A DNA stretch of 64,000 bases from a virus (Duplodnaviria > Caudoviricetes), in the IMG/VR virus record IMGVR_UViG_3300028591_000082; one strand, 5' to 3'. Shown piece by piece: positions 9,323 through 19,324 of this stretch. The translations under genes were made by a program, and so were the position numbers. Numbering within the stretch: position 1 is the stretch's first letter; every line of letters starts with the position of its first letter. The notes beneath the pieces are model-generated. The model did no database searches and had not been told where the DNA came from. It saw only the letters and a list, made by a program, of their open reading frames with translations.

Positions 9323-10226
9323 TTAATATCTCCATTATTTCATCTTCTGCTGCAGCCATATCATTTCCATTAAGCATCATTTCTATTTGACCACATTGAG
9401 AGCCCCACTCCTCCTGACACTTTTTTAGATTATGTTCTATTAAGAATAATTCAACTTTATTTTTATCAAATGTATTCCAATCTTTACTCTCTAATTCCTT
9501 GATTATGTTATTTTTATATTCATCTGGGTACTTTCTTAAGTCTACAATATTGAGAATATTCTCATATATAATAACATTCTCGGGTGTCATTTTTTTACAC
9601 CAAAGTGCTTTATCATTAAGCATTTCTTCAAATGTTTTTTCTCCGATTCTTGGAACACCTTTTATGTTATCTGATGTATCACCAACTATTGCTTTCTTTT
9701 CTATAATGTTTGGATTTGGTTCTGCTTTTCTTGACTTAATTGGATTAAAAACAGTTACTTCTTCAAAAAATAATGCTATCTGTGTTAAATCTTCGTCACC
9801 AGAAATAATCTGTATTCTTTCTCCTTTGTCTGCATAATATTTTGCACAAGCATATATTACATCATCGCCTTCACAATTATCAACTCTCATTGTTTTACAA
9901 TGAAAGTATGAAAGATATGTTTCTATTTCATTAAGAAGTGGTCCTATAAATCTATAGTCTGGATCTTCTTTTCTGTCTTTTCTGTTCTCCTTATAAAGAG
10001 GGTAAATACTTTTTCTCCAAGCAGTTGAATTGTGTCCCTCAAATGCCCATATACTGTTCTCATAAGTTGTAAGGAATGGCATAGCATATTTTATAAACAT
10101 ATGCCAAAATAATCCCAAATCCTTTTCTTCTATTTCATAGTCTGGACCATTATTCTTTTTTATTGTTTTTATAAACATAGAATATGTTATAAAAAATATA
10201 TTACTAGTATCTATTAAACAAACCAT
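9315..10226 (-). CDS. rnh: 5'-3' exonuclease / T4 RNase H-like
   Basis: LIDTSN, WRKSIYPLYKENR, EGDD, SGDEDLTQ, GDTSDNIKGVPRIGEKT. Confidence 0.92.
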   Translation of the reverse strand: MVCLIDTSNIFFITYSMFIKTIKKNNGPDYEIEEKDLGLFWHMFIKYAMPFLTTYENSIWAFEGHNSTAWRKSIYPLYKENRKDRKEDPDYRFIGPLLNEIETYLSYFHCKTMRVDNCEGDDVIYACAKYYADKGERIQIISGDEDLTQIALFFEEVTVFNPIKSRKAEPNPNIIEKKAIVGDTSDNIKGVPRIGEKTFEEMLNDKALWCKKMTPENVIIYENILNIVDLRKYPDEYKNNIIKELESKDWNTFDKNKVELFLIEHNLKKCQEEWGSQCGQIEMMLNGNDMAAAEDEIMEILNG

Positions 10227-10386
10227 AATCTTCTTCTCCTATTTCTGCAAATATTCTATCTTCTCTTTCGTATTTGTCTAATTCATTTTCCCATTTATAT
10301 TCTGCCTGTTTCCACGTCAAGTCAAACTCTTCACCGAGCGTGCATATTGCGTTATATCTTGCTTGTTTCCAGTCTTCTTCTTTCAT
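10204..10386 (-). CDS. Hypothetical protein
   Basis: 60 aa ORF, AAGGA SD. Confidence 0.5.
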   Translation of the reverse strand: MKEEDWKQARYNAICTLGEEFDLTWKQAEYKWENELDKYEREDRIFAEIGEEDYGLFNRY

Positions 10387-10395
10387 TATTATTCC

Positions 10396-10683
10396 TTATA
10401 TTTTAATTAGCCTAGTATTTTTAATTGGAGTAAAACAAAAAATCTCATCAAATGTTCTGCCTTTTCTATTCACTCTAGCTCCTGAAATAATCATACTAAT
10501 AGTTATACTTATTAGGTTTTCTGCTGCAGTAATTCCTCTTAAAAAATCAATAGCTCCGTCTTTTTCTTTAAATAATCTAATAAAATCATTTTTAAGAAGT
10601 TTGTAAATATCCAAATTTATTTTTGCTTTTATTTTCTCAAATTCACATTTAGATTTTAAATAACTTTCTATTACTTCATTCAT
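10396..10683 (-). CDS. Hypothetical protein (C-terminal IKI tag)
   Basis: ATGA overlap start at 10683. Confidence 0.55.
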   Translation of the reverse strand: MNEVIESYLKSKCEFEKIKAKINLDIYKLLKNDFIRLFKEKDGAIDFLRGITAAENLISITISMIISGARVNRKGRTFDEIFCFTPIKNTRLIKI

Positions 10684-11267
10684 ATACAATCATTTCCAAG
10701 TAATTGTTTTATTTTTGCTATTATTTTTGGATAATGACTTGGTGCAACTCTTAGTATTTCTGGATTATATTTTTCTTTAAATCTTTCTTTATTTTCTTCA
10801 TAATATTTTATAAAAGTTTTGGAAAACCAAAATAACAAAAGATCAAAATCATTATATCCTTGTTCTATTTGATTTAAATAATATTTACCATCTGTAATAA
10901 ATTTATCCATACTTCCATATTTTTTAAATATTGTAGCACTTGAAGCAAGTTTTACTGCAAATGTATATTCTTCATTGTTATCATCATTTTTTGTATTAGA
11001 TATATACTGAATATATTTTGTCCAATTGTGTTCATATGGAAGCTGTTGAGGATATTTTACTCCTTCTCCATAAAAAAAGACTTCAATGAATTTATCAACT
11101 TTGAAGTCTTTTCTTTCAGCAAACATCATTGCAGTTCTGTCAAAATACTGTTTGTATTTTTTATAAAATGCTTGGTTATTAACAAACTTTCCAGATGCTT
11201 TACGATATACATTAGCAAATGTATATCCAATATCAAGAGAATAACTATTTATTTGATTTTCGTTCAT
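10680..11267 (-). CDS. Hypothetical protein, possibly gp59-like helicase loader
   Basis: ~200 aa, aromatic/basic helical pattern loosely like gp59; near rnh. Weak call. Confidence 0.3.
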   Translation of the reverse strand: MNENQINSYSLDIGYTFANVYRKASGKFVNNQAFYKKYKQYFDRTAMMFAERKDFKVDKFIEVFFYGEGVKYPQQLPYEHNWTKYIQYISNTKNDDNNEEYTFAVKLASSATIFKKYGSMDKFITDGKYYLNQIEQGYNDFDLLLFWFSKTFIKYYEENKERFKEKYNPEILRVAPSHYPKIIAKIKQLLGNDCI

Positions 11268-11485
11268 TTTTTTGTTTTAAAATCTTCGTATGCTTTAAGA
11301 ATAGGTCTTAAGTTTTTTATTTCAACACCAGAGGTGAAGCAATATATATCTTTGAAAGCTGGATTATCCATTTTCATTTTACATATTTGAAACCATGGAT
11401 ATTCATTTGAACTAGCCATGTAAAAGTCCTTAAATCCCATATCTAATTTGGAATAAGGACATTTTTCGCAATCTTTTACAATCAT
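11264..11485 (-). CDS. Small Cys-containing hypothetical protein
   Basis: CEKCPY motif; TTGACA-17-TATAAT promoter directly upstream. Confidence 0.55.
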   Translation of the reverse strand: MIVKDCEKCPYSKLDMGFKDFYMASSNEYPWFQICKMKMDNPAFKDIYCFTSGVEIKNLRPILKAYEDFKTKK

Positions 11486-11491
11486 AAAAAT

Positions 11492-11520
11492 ATTATAATA
11501 CTTATTTTTTTAAATGTCAA
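11492..11520 (-). promoter_or_regulatory. Consensus sigma70 promoter, leaderless
   Basis: TTGACA-17-TATAAT ending 6 nt before ATG 11485. Confidence 0.8.
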
Positions 11521-11960
11521 TTTTTCTTATTATTGAAGTTTTTAAATTGCTTTTCTATTTCTTTTGTAACTATAGAAGCAATCTGTTTTGTTGTATCTTC
11601 TTTTCTTTCTTTACTAAGAGTTTCTATACTTTTTTGTATTTGTTGAAACTGAGCTTTGTTCTGTTGTTGCTGCTGTTGCTGAGCATTTGACATTTGACTT
11701 ACTTGATTAGATGTTTGCTGCTGTTGTTGCTGCATATTCTGCTGTTGCTGATCTTTATTTTGCTGCTGAGCCATCTGCAAAGCTTTTGCAGTAGCCATAC
11801 CAGACTGTTTAAGTGTTTCAAAATTCTTCAATATATTTGGATCATTATATACAGTTTTTGCCTGATTTGTAAAATTATTAAGGTTTTGCATCAACTGAGC
11901 AAATTGTTTATTAAAATTTTCGAGATTAAGCTCTTCATCTATTACTTGTCTAAGTGTCAT
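11517..11960 (-). CDS. Gln-rich putative head-internal protein
   Basis: MTLRQVIDEE N-terminus, poly-Q tracts, AAGTTAA-4nt-ATG. Confidence 0.55.
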   Translation of the reverse strand: MTLRQVIDEELNLENFNKQFAQLMQNLNNFTNQAKTVYNDPNILKNFETLKQSGMATAKALQMAQQQNKDQQQQNMQQQQQQTSNQVSQMSNAQQQQQQQNKAQFQQIQKSIETLSKERKEDTTKQIASIVTKEIEKQFKNFNNKKN

Positions 11961-11964
11961 ACTA

Positions 11965-12378
11965 TTAACTTACTTGCTCTAAGTATACTTTCACGTTTCT
12001 TAGATTGTTATAGTTATATCCTACTTTATCAAGCAATAATTTCTTTTCTAATGCATCTTCTACAAAGTGGTCTTTCTCGCGTTTTCGTATAGTGTTTGGT
12101 CTTACTTTTAATATTGCTCCAACTACGGCAACTTTATTTTCTACTGTAACGTCATTTATTATAACAAGTCTATCTTCTTCTTCATCATTATCATCTATTA
12201 TGATTTCAACACCTTGTGATCTCTCACCAGGTGTTTTATCAAAATCAAAATCATCAAAATTAAAATAAACTTCTTCGTTAGTATCCGTTAAACAGTATAC
12301 TCTTCCGTTTTCCTTTCTGATTGGCATTACGAGTCTATTTGAATCTTTTAAATCTGACCATTCATTATACTTAAACAT
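11965..12378 (-). CDS. Hypothetical protein
   Basis: 137 aa ORF, AAGATAA motif upstream at 12390-12396. Confidence 0.6.
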   Translation of the reverse strand: MFKYNEWSDLKDSNRLVMPIRKENGRVYCLTDTNEEVYFNFDDFDFDKTPGERSQGVEIIIDDNDEEEDRLVIINDVTVENKVAVVGAILKVRPNTIRKREKDHFVEDALEKKLLLDKVGYNYNNLRNVKVYLEQVS

Positions 12379-12395
12379 GGGCTATAAATTTATCT

Positions 12396-15300
12396 TTAAT
12401 TCTGAATATACTTTCCAAGAGAAACAACAAATCTCTTTATTTTTTCTCCATCTTTTATCCATCTTTTGCTTCCAAACTTTATTGAACCATCATCATCTGC
12501 ATATAAAGAAAGAAGATACAAATCATCACCACGCCATCTTTCTCTACAGAACTGATAATATGAAGCAAATATAGGTATTCTATAACTCTCTCCATTTATA
12601 TCAGATATTTCACAGAATGCCATATCATTTCCATTTTTGTCTTTCTTAAACATAAAGTTCTTTGCATAAACTGGACACATTGCATTTGGAAGATTTCTTT
12701 CTTTTACTTCCTGCATACTTCTTAAGCATAAGCCTCTTTCATAAAGTTTTTGTATTTTATCTCCAATTGCTGAGAAAATATTATGAAAGAAATTTCCACC
12801 AAGATAATTTTTTTCATATTCCATATATTGTTCATTAGATGTATCTTCATCAAGAACATCTTCTTCACAATCTTCCCATAACTGAATTAAAAGTTCTGGA
12901 GTTTTCTTTGTCTTTTTCTTTTCGTAAAATTGTGTACAAAGTTTATCATATCTGCTTCTTTTTGTTCCAATTATTTCATCAAAAGCACCAGAACATATAA
13001 GAGCATTTGTAATTCTCTTTGTATATCCTTCTGTTTCTATATTTTTAATAATACAGTCTATTACAGATTCGTATGGTCTATTTTCAATAATTCCATCAAT
13101 AGGCTTTTCTCCAATTCCTTTAACCTCATTTAATCCAAATCTGATTGTATCTTCAGATATAGGTGTAAAATGAGCATCAGATTCGTTTACATCTGGTGGA
13201 AGAATTTTAAATCCATTCTTTTGGGCATTATTTATAGAGTCTTTAAGAGCATCATTCTTTGTAGCATCATATGTAAGAGATGCAGCCCAGAAATACTGTC
13301 TAAAATATCTAGACATATACAAAGTCTCACAAGCAACATATGTATATGCAGATGCATGAGATTTATTGAAAGAATATGCAGAAAGAGTAATTAAATCTGC
13401 AGTAAGTTCATCTACTTCTCTTGTTGTAAGCTTATCTTGTGCCTCATCTTTAATTGTTTTTACAAGTTTGTTCCAAGCATCAAGATCTTCTTGTTTTTTA
13501 TTTGCTTTACCAAGCTTTTTCAAAAGACCACGAGCATAATTACCAGATACTTTACCATTCGAGAGATATTCTACAAGACGCATAATTTCCTCTTGGAATA
13601 AAATACATCCGTGAGAATCTTTTAAGAACTTTGAAACTTCTTCTGGGTATTTAGAACCACCAACTCCATTTCTTACAAAATCATCAAATGAGAATGAGCT
13701 TCCTGGTCTAGACAAAGCATTAAGGCAAGTAAGTTCATCAAAATTCTTTGGTAATGCTCTTTGAATCATTCCAGATGCAGTTCCTCCAGAAAACTGGAAT
13801 ATGTTATCTTGAGATTCATTTACTTGCTGATAAAGTTGCTTATCATTATAGTCCATTCCACAATATAAGAAATTTTTCAAATCTTGTTTTGATACATTTA
13901 CTTCTATTGTTTCTGCCGCACATTTTTCTGCGTAGCTTTCTGGAACTATTTTTATAATTCCATCCTCATCTTTTACTTTAATTATATCTTCTTTTACAAG
14001 ATCTATAGCATTACTTATTACTTCAAGTACAGTAATTGCAAGACAGTCTACTTTAATAATTCCAAGTTCATCAAGCTCTGTAGCAGAACCAGATTCTACA
14101 AACGCAGAAGCTATACCATCTTTTGTGTGAATTACTGGTACATATTCCCATACTGGATTATCCAAAATAAGTACACCACCAGCATGCTGACCAAGTTGTC
14201 TTATCTGTCCCATAATCTTTGGAGTAAAATCAAGATATGCCTTGTATTGAGAATATATTCTGTAAAGATTTGGGAAATTATTTCTGTAATTCTCCATGTT
14301 TTCTTCAAACGACATTTCATCATTTAATTCTTTACAGAAATTATTACTATCAGCAAATGGAACTTCGCATTTTCTTAAAATATCTTTTATTGCAGAAGCA
14401 AGACCAACAGTACCATATGTACCAACGCCCATAACTCTTTCCTGACCATATTTTTCAATAAGCCATTGTTTGAGTTCTTCTTTGGCTGCTGGTTCGTAGT
14501 CAGAGTCAATATCCAATCCCCCACTACCACCTTGTTTAATTTGAGCTATTTCAAGTGGTTTTTCCAAATCAACTTTATCTGTTCTACCAAGAAAGAATGG
14601 AAGTACATATCTATCATCACATTCTACTTCCATAATTTCATCATATACAGACATTTCATTTTCAAGCCATTTAGCACGTCTAAGTTCCTTAATGGCTCTG
14701 TCTTTATATTGAGGATATTCTTTGATTTTTTCTATTACTATTTTCTTAAGATCTTCAAAAGAATAATTTCTATTTTTTGTTATATACCAATCTCCAACAT
14801 AATACTTATAAGTATTAGAAACGAGACGATCATCTGATACAAAACGTTCAAAAAGAAGACCAAGCTTAAGAGGATCTAGTGCCCAAGAGGCAATACCAAG
14901 ACACAATGCTGTAAGACATCCTCCACAAGAACCTCTTGATGGACCAACCATAAACTTCTTTTCTCGTGCATGATTTACAAATGATGCTACTGTAAGCATA
15001 TATCTGTATGCACCTTTCTTTAAAAGAACTTCAAGTTCATGTTCGAGTCTTTCTTTATATTCTTTTGGACAATTGTCATATTCACAATTAAAGTGTTTTG
15101 CAAGACCTTCTTTTGCAAGTCTTACAAAATCCTCTTCTTCGTCAAATGAGTATCTTGGAAGTTTCATTCCAGTTCCAAGAGGAATTGTAAAATTACATTT
15201 TTTAGCAATCTTATCTGAATTTGCACACCATTGTTCTATCTGTTCATCAGTATATCCATAATTCCATTGCTTGTTGAACTGCTTAAAATCTTCTACACCC

Positions 15301-16037
15301 TGATAAAATAATGACTTACATTTGTAAGTATCATCACCTTCTGAATCATCTTCTTTTCTAAGATTAAAAATAAATCTTTGTGTTGCTGCACCTTCAGGTG
15401 TTGCATAATGTATATCACCAGTTAATATAACTGGAACATTATATTTTTCAGCAACTTTTATAATCCAATCGTTATATTTTTTTTGCTCATCTCTTAATTC
15501 ATTTAATTGTACTTCTGCATAAAAATTCTCGCCAAATTTATCATAGAATTTCTTAAAATATTCTTCTGCTTTTTCTTCATTTCCGCCAAGAACATACTGA
15601 GAGAATATAGAAGCAAGACAAGCTGTTCCAACTATAATACCTTTTGAGTGTTCAAAAAGTTCATCGAATGTAATTCTTGGTTTATAGTAAAAATGAATAT
15701 CATCTGAATTGGCTATATATGAAAGTTTACAAAGATTCTTCCAACCATATTCATTTGATGCGAGTAATATTATATGAGTATTTTTTGTTCTTATTCTCTT
15801 TTTACCGTCTGTAGTTACAAGTTCTTCTACAAGATAAGATTCATTTCCAAGAATTGGTTTTATTCCATTTGCAATTGCATATTGCTGGAATCTAAACAAA
15901 TCTCCCATTGAATCAAGCCCATGATTTGTTATCGCTAATGCTTTATGACCATGTGCAACTGCTTGATCTACAAGTTCTTGTACTGATGAAACTCCATCAT
16001 AACGAGAATAATTCGAGTGAGTATGAAGATGTACCAA
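12396..16037 (-). CDS. dnaE: DNA polymerase III alpha subunit (family C)
   Basis: PHP HLHTHS, RGS, FERF, DIDSD, HAGGV, IKVDCL, YSFNKSHA, PPDVNES, IRFGLNEVKGIG. Confidence 0.95.
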   Translation of the reverse strand: MVHLHTHSNYSRYDGVSSVQELVDQAVAHGHKALAITNHGLDSMGDLFRFQQYAIANGIKPILGNESYLVEELVTTDGKKRIRTKNTHIILLASNEYGWKNLCKLSYIANSDDIHFYYKPRITFDELFEHSKGIIVGTACLASIFSQYVLGGNEEKAEEYFKKFYDKFGENFYAEVQLNELRDEQKKYNDWIIKVAEKYNVPVILTGDIHYATPEGAATQRFIFNLRKEDDSEGDDTYKCKSLFYQGVEDFKQFNKQWNYGYTDEQIEQWCANSDKIAKKCNFTIPLGTGMKLPRYSFDEEEDFVRLAKEGLAKHFNCEYDNCPKEYKERLEHELEVLLKKGAYRYMLTVASFVNHAREKKFMVGPSRGSCGGCLTALCLGIASWALDPLKLGLLFERFVSDDRLVSNTYKYYVGDWYITKNRNYSFEDLKKIVIEKIKEYPQYKDRAIKELRRAKWLENEMSVYDEIMEVECDDRYVLPFFLGRTDKVDLEKPLEIAQIKQGGSGGLDIDSDYEPAAKEELKQWLIEKYGQERVMGVGTYGTVGLASAIKDILRKCEVPFADSNNFCKELNDEMSFEENMENYRNNFPNLYRIYSQYKAYLDFTPKIMGQIRQLGQHAGGVLILDNPVWEYVPVIHTKDGIASAFVESGSATELDELGIIKVDCLAITVLEVISNAIDLVKEDIIKVKDEDGIIKIVPESYAEKCAAETIEVNVSKQDLKNFLYCGMDYNDKQLYQQVNESQDNIFQFSGGTASGMIQRALPKNFDELTCLNALSRPGSSFSFDDFVRNGVGGSKYPEEVSKFLKDSHGCILFQEEIMRLVEYLSNGKVSGNYARGLLKKLGKANKKQEDLDAWNKLVKTIKDEAQDKLTTREVDELTADLITLSAYSFNKSHASAYTYVACETLYMSRYFRQYFWAASLTYDATKNDALKDSINNAQKNGFKILPPDVNESDAHFTPISEDTIRFGLNEVKGIGEKPIDGIIENRPYESVIDCIIKNIETEGYTKRITNALICSGAFDEIIGTKRSRYDKLCTQFYEKKKTKKTPELLIQLWEDCEEDVLDEDTSNEQYMEYEKNYLGGNFFHNIFSAIGDKIQKLYERGLCLRSMQEVKERNLPNAMCPVYAKNFMFKKDKNGNDMAFCEISDINGESYRIPIFASYYQFCRERWRGDDLYLLSLYADDDGSIKFGSKRWIKDGEKIKRFVVSLGKYIQN

Positions 16038-16053
16038 TTATTTTTCTCCCAGA

Positions 16054-16236
16054 TTATATTTTTATTATTCTTTTTGGTTGTATGTCTACATTTAATTTAA
16101 TTTTTTTATAAATTTCATCAAGACACTTTACAATTATTGCTTCAACTTCTGAATGCAATATTCTTTCTTGATATTGCAAAAAATGTTCTTGAATATCTAT
16201 TCCATTTCTTGCAAGTTCTTCAAAATCAGGTGGCAT
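16054..16236 (-). CDS. Hypothetical protein (C-terminal IKI tag)
   Basis: 60 aa ORF in operon. Confidence 0.5.
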   Translation of the reverse strand: MPPDFEELARNGIDIQEHFLQYQERILHSEVEAIIVKCLDEIYKKIKLNVDIQPKRIIKI

Positions 16237-16492
16237 TTTTTAAATCTTCCACTAACTTATTTATATACCAAATTGCTTTATTACACTCTTGAGCTGCTTC
16301 ATCTTTTTTTCCAGTTCTACAAAGATATTTAATTGCGTTTCCTCTTAAAAATCCTCTGTATTCATCTGGTGACATCCAAGCTTTTAAAACTTTAATACAT
16401 TCATATGTTGTATCACCACCATAATGTTGTGGGTGATTTACCATTTCTTTTGGCTTTTGTTGTGGCTTTTTTTTAGAAATTTTATTAGCCAT
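16226..16492 (-). CDS. DUF3310-family protein
   Basis: VNHPQHY...ECI...GFLRGNAIKY..R.GKK...KAIWY signature. Confidence 0.85.
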   Translation of the reverse strand: MANKISKKKPQQKPKEMVNHPQHYGGDTTYECIKVLKAWMSPDEYRGFLRGNAIKYLCRTGKKDEAAQECNKAIWYINKLVEDLKNAT

Positions 16493-16560
16493 AAAAATTC
16501 TCCTTACTTTTTCTACAATTTTATTATATCATGAGGCAATATAAAAATCAAGTTAATCAT

Positions 16561-16920
16561 ATGATAGATAAGAAAAAAATAAATACTCTCACATTAAGAA
16601 GATTCAATGAAATGTATCACAACGAAAATGTAAAATTTGGTGGTTGGGATAAATATCATATTCCAAGTGAAAAAAAATATTTCTTATCTTTGTATTGCCC
16701 ATTTGCTAATTTTAAAGATCCATTTGGTGTTTATTGGCATTCTGGAAAATTTCATGTACCAAAATATAAAGACCTTTCTTATAGACAGTCATCAAGACTT
16801 GAAGATATATGCAATTCTTTAAATTCAAATCAAAGTTTGATAAGAGCTTGCAGAGAAGTAGATAGACTTATAGATTTAAAAGCTACAAGAGCATTTACTG
16901 GAAAATATTTTAATTATTAA
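16561..16920 (+). CDS. Hypothetical protein
   Basis: Within ORF 16531..16920; start assigned at 16561 (AAGTTAA-4nt-ATG). Confidence 0.55.
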   Translation: MIDKKKINTLTLRRFNEMYHNENVKFGGWDKYHIPSEKKYFLSLYCPFANFKDPFGVYWHSGKFHVPKYKDLSYRQSSRLEDICNSLNSNQSLIRACREVDRLIDLKATRAFTGKYFNY

Positions 16921-17420
16921 TCAATAAGAAAATCAGTGATATTTCCAATAGGTAAAATATCCCATAAATTTTGTTCCTCTATTTCTTTTTTACTTATTTT
17001 TGCTTTATATGAATGTTCACTTAATAAATGCGGTTTAAGATTTTTAAGACTCCAGCATTTTCTTGCTTCATCATCAATTAATGACTTAAATTTATAACAT
17101 CTTTTTGGTATATAAAATGTAACTCCCCAAACTTTACCATAATTTTCAAATGTCATTTCATTTGTAAATCTTTCTTCAAGATGCCTTCTTATGTCTTCTG
17201 CTGTATAACCAAGTATTCCACTCCAAGAAAATGGACCATTATATTTTATGCAATATATAAGACATTGTCTTATATTCTTATCCATTTTTGAGACTTTATT
17301 AGTTTTTCTTTTTGACATACAGGATTTACATTTATTTTTGTAGCCATCTTTATTATTTGAATCTTTGTAGAATTGGCTTATATCTTTTTCAATCCCGCAA
17401 GTATTACAAATCTTGGTCAT
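16917..17420 (-). CDS. HNH/endonuclease VII-like protein with N-terminal zinc ribbon, catalytic residues apparently lost
   Basis: CNTC...K....FY.......CKSC, LGYT.EDI..HLE..F...M.FENYG.W, KCW...NL.P. Confidence 0.6.
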   Translation of the reverse strand: MTKICNTCGIEKDISQFYKDSNNKDGYKNKCKSCMSKRKTNKVSKMDKNIRQCLIYCIKYNGPFSWSGILGYTAEDIRRHLEERFTNEMTFENYGKVWGVTFYIPKRCYKFKSLIDDEARKCWSLKNLKPHLLSEHSYKAKISKKEIEEQNLWDILPIGNITDFLID

Positions 17421-18366
17421 ATCCTTCGTGATCTTTTATATTATTTACTCCTTCAAGTACATTCTCAAGGTTGCTAGCACCTATTTTATCAAATATTTGT
17501 TTAAGCTTTTCTGTTTTTCTTGATTCATAATTTGCCTTAACCTTTTTAATTATTTCTCTTTTCTTCTTAGAAAGAATTCTTGAATTTCTTAATCCATCTA
17601 TAATGGCGAGCTGAAGATCTCCCATTTGTCTATCCATTACTATTTTAGCTATCTCGCAATCTACTGGTGTTTCATATGACATAACTTGATTTCTTAATGT
17701 AGTAGAAAGATCTATTGCTTTTGCTCTTATTTCTTCATCAAATTCAAGATCATCTTTATTTATAAGATGGTTCTTTTCTATTATTTCATAAACTTTTTCA
17801 AGTATTGGTTTAAAATCTTGGGTCATTTTTGCTTCAAAATATGTTAACCCAGACTTGCATTTAATTTTACAAGTACAAGATTCCATACCATCAATGCCTT
17901 TTCTTCTTTGCTCTACTTCTTCTTTTGATATTTCACCAATTCTTGCTACTATTTCTTCTTTAGATGGTGTTTCAATGCTTCCTTTAAAATACACATTTGC
18001 ATATGCAATTTTATACATTTCTATTATATTATTTTTAGAAGCTATTATTCTTGATTTTGCATAATCTTTAGATTGTCTAAAAAATCTGTCTTTTATACCA
18101 TGTATATCATCAACAAGTTCACATTGCTTTTCTTCTATGAACTTAACGCAATCTTTTATATCATTTACACTTACTTTTCCAGCATTTCCTATAAGACCGC
18201 CTTTTGCGTCTAATACTTTTATACCTCTTGAAGATATTTCAAGCTGTTTTTTTAGTAATACCTTAAGTATGCGTGTTATAATTACTACAATAAGTGCTAA
18301 AATACTAAAAAATATAATAAAGAAAATGACTGGGTTATTAGAAGCCCAATTTAATAAGTCTAACAT
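17404..18366 (-). CDS. Single-TM membrane protein with large soluble domain
   Basis: N-terminal TM PVIFFIIFFSILALIVVIIT; late motif at 18410-18416. Confidence 0.65.
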   Translation of the reverse strand: MLDLLNWASNNPVIFFIIFFSILALIVVIITRILKVLLKKQLEISSRGIKVLDAKGGLIGNAGKVSVNDIKDCVKFIEEKQCELVDDIHGIKDRFFRQSKDYAKSRIIASKNNIIEMYKIAYANVYFKGSIETPSKEEIVARIGEISKEEVEQRRKGIDGMESCTCKIKCKSGLTYFEAKMTQDFKPILEKVYEIIEKNHLINKDDLEFDEEIRAKAIDLSTTLRNQVMSYETPVDCEIAKIVMDRQMGDLQLAIIDGLRNSRILSKKKREIIKKVKANYESRKTEKLKQIFDKIGASNLENVLEGVNNIKDHEGYDQDL

Positions 18367-18466
18367 TTTTACTCCCTTACTTCGTCTTTTTCATTTTTTC
18401 TTCTTTAAATTAACTTATTAAAGCTAAATAATAAGGAGGCCACCTCTTCTATGGTGGTAGTTAATA

Positions 18467-18919
18467 ATGAATTATAATGAAGTTTTAGATACTTTGAAGG
18501 AAGAAATGGAAATCCTCATTGAAGAGGAAAAGAAACCTGGTTCTCCTCTTAGAAATGGCAGCGAACCAAGTTGCGAAACTGGAGCTGGTACTGCTAGAAC
18601 TGGTAGTGAACCAAGCTGTTACACATCGGATGATGACAAAAAACCTGCAGTAAAAGCAGCAGAAATGCCAGAAGTTACAGCAATGGTATTATCTGTTCTT
18701 AAGAAGAATAAGGTAGAAACAGCATCTGCAATTAAACTTGCAAGACCAATTTCTTCAACAATCCTTGCTTTTGAAAGAAAAAATAGTAAAAAAGATTTAA
18801 ACGATTTTGATGCAGAACTTTACTCAAAACTTTGTTCAGATTTTGAAAAGATATCAGCACTTAAATCAAATGCTGATAAACTTGCACAAAAAATAGTAGA
18901 TGGTTATCACAACTGCTAA
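18467..18919 (+). CDS. Hypothetical, putative head-internal protein
   Basis: MNYNEVLDTLKEE..ILIEE N-terminus; GSEPSC repeated twice; followed by terminator. Confidence 0.6.
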   Translation: MNYNEVLDTLKEEMEILIEEEKKPGSPLRNGSEPSCETGAGTARTGSEPSCYTSDDDKKPAVKAAEMPEVTAMVLSVLKKNKVETASAIKLARPISSTILAFERKNSKKDLNDFDAELYSKLCSDFEKISALKSNADKLAQKIVDGYHNC

Positions 18920-18921
18920 AT

Positions 18922-18948
18922 AAAAAAGCCACTCTTTTGAGTGGCTTT
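18922..18948. terminator. Intrinsic terminator between convergent genes
   Basis: AAAGCCACTC-TTTT-GAGTGGCTTT. Confidence 0.8.
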
Positions 18949-18952
18949 AATT

Positions 18953-19324
18953 TTATTCATTTATTTCATAAACACATTTTATTGAATCTGCTTGTGTTAA
19001 TGCATAGAAAACATCATCATTTGGTCCAATAAATTGCAAATCATAGTTATTAGCTATAACAATATCACCAACCTTAAATCCGTATTTGTCTCCTTCTACT
19101 AATGGTCCAATAGAATGAACATACATATCAACTTTTGTTTTATCTCCAGAAGATTTTGTTACTTCCTGACCATTTGTGGAATTTTCCTGACCTGGTATAA
19201 TAATTCCGCCAGGTGTCTTAATCAAATTTGATGTTTTCTCGACAATCCTTACACACTTTAAAACAACATATTTTCCAGTTGCTTCAATTTTGTCGATTCC
19301 TCCATTATCATCTACTGTTGCCAT
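18953..19324 (-). CDS. groES: GroES-like co-chaperonin (T4 gp31-like)
   Basis: IEATGKYVVLK, KTPGGIIIPG mobile loop, VHSIGP, FKVGDIVI. Confidence 0.8.
   Translation of the reverse strand: MATVDDNGGIDKIEATGKYVVLKCVRIVEKTSNLIKTPGGIIIPGQENSTNGQEVTKSSGDKTKVDMYVHSIGPLVEGDKYGFKVGDIVIANNYDLQFIGPNDDVFYALTQADSIKCVYEINE

Noticed and set aside
14520-14825. Intein in DnaE
   Set aside because: No N-terminal Cys/Ser splice motif, no His-Asn end and no LAGLIDADG; the insert resembles duplicated DnaE sequence.
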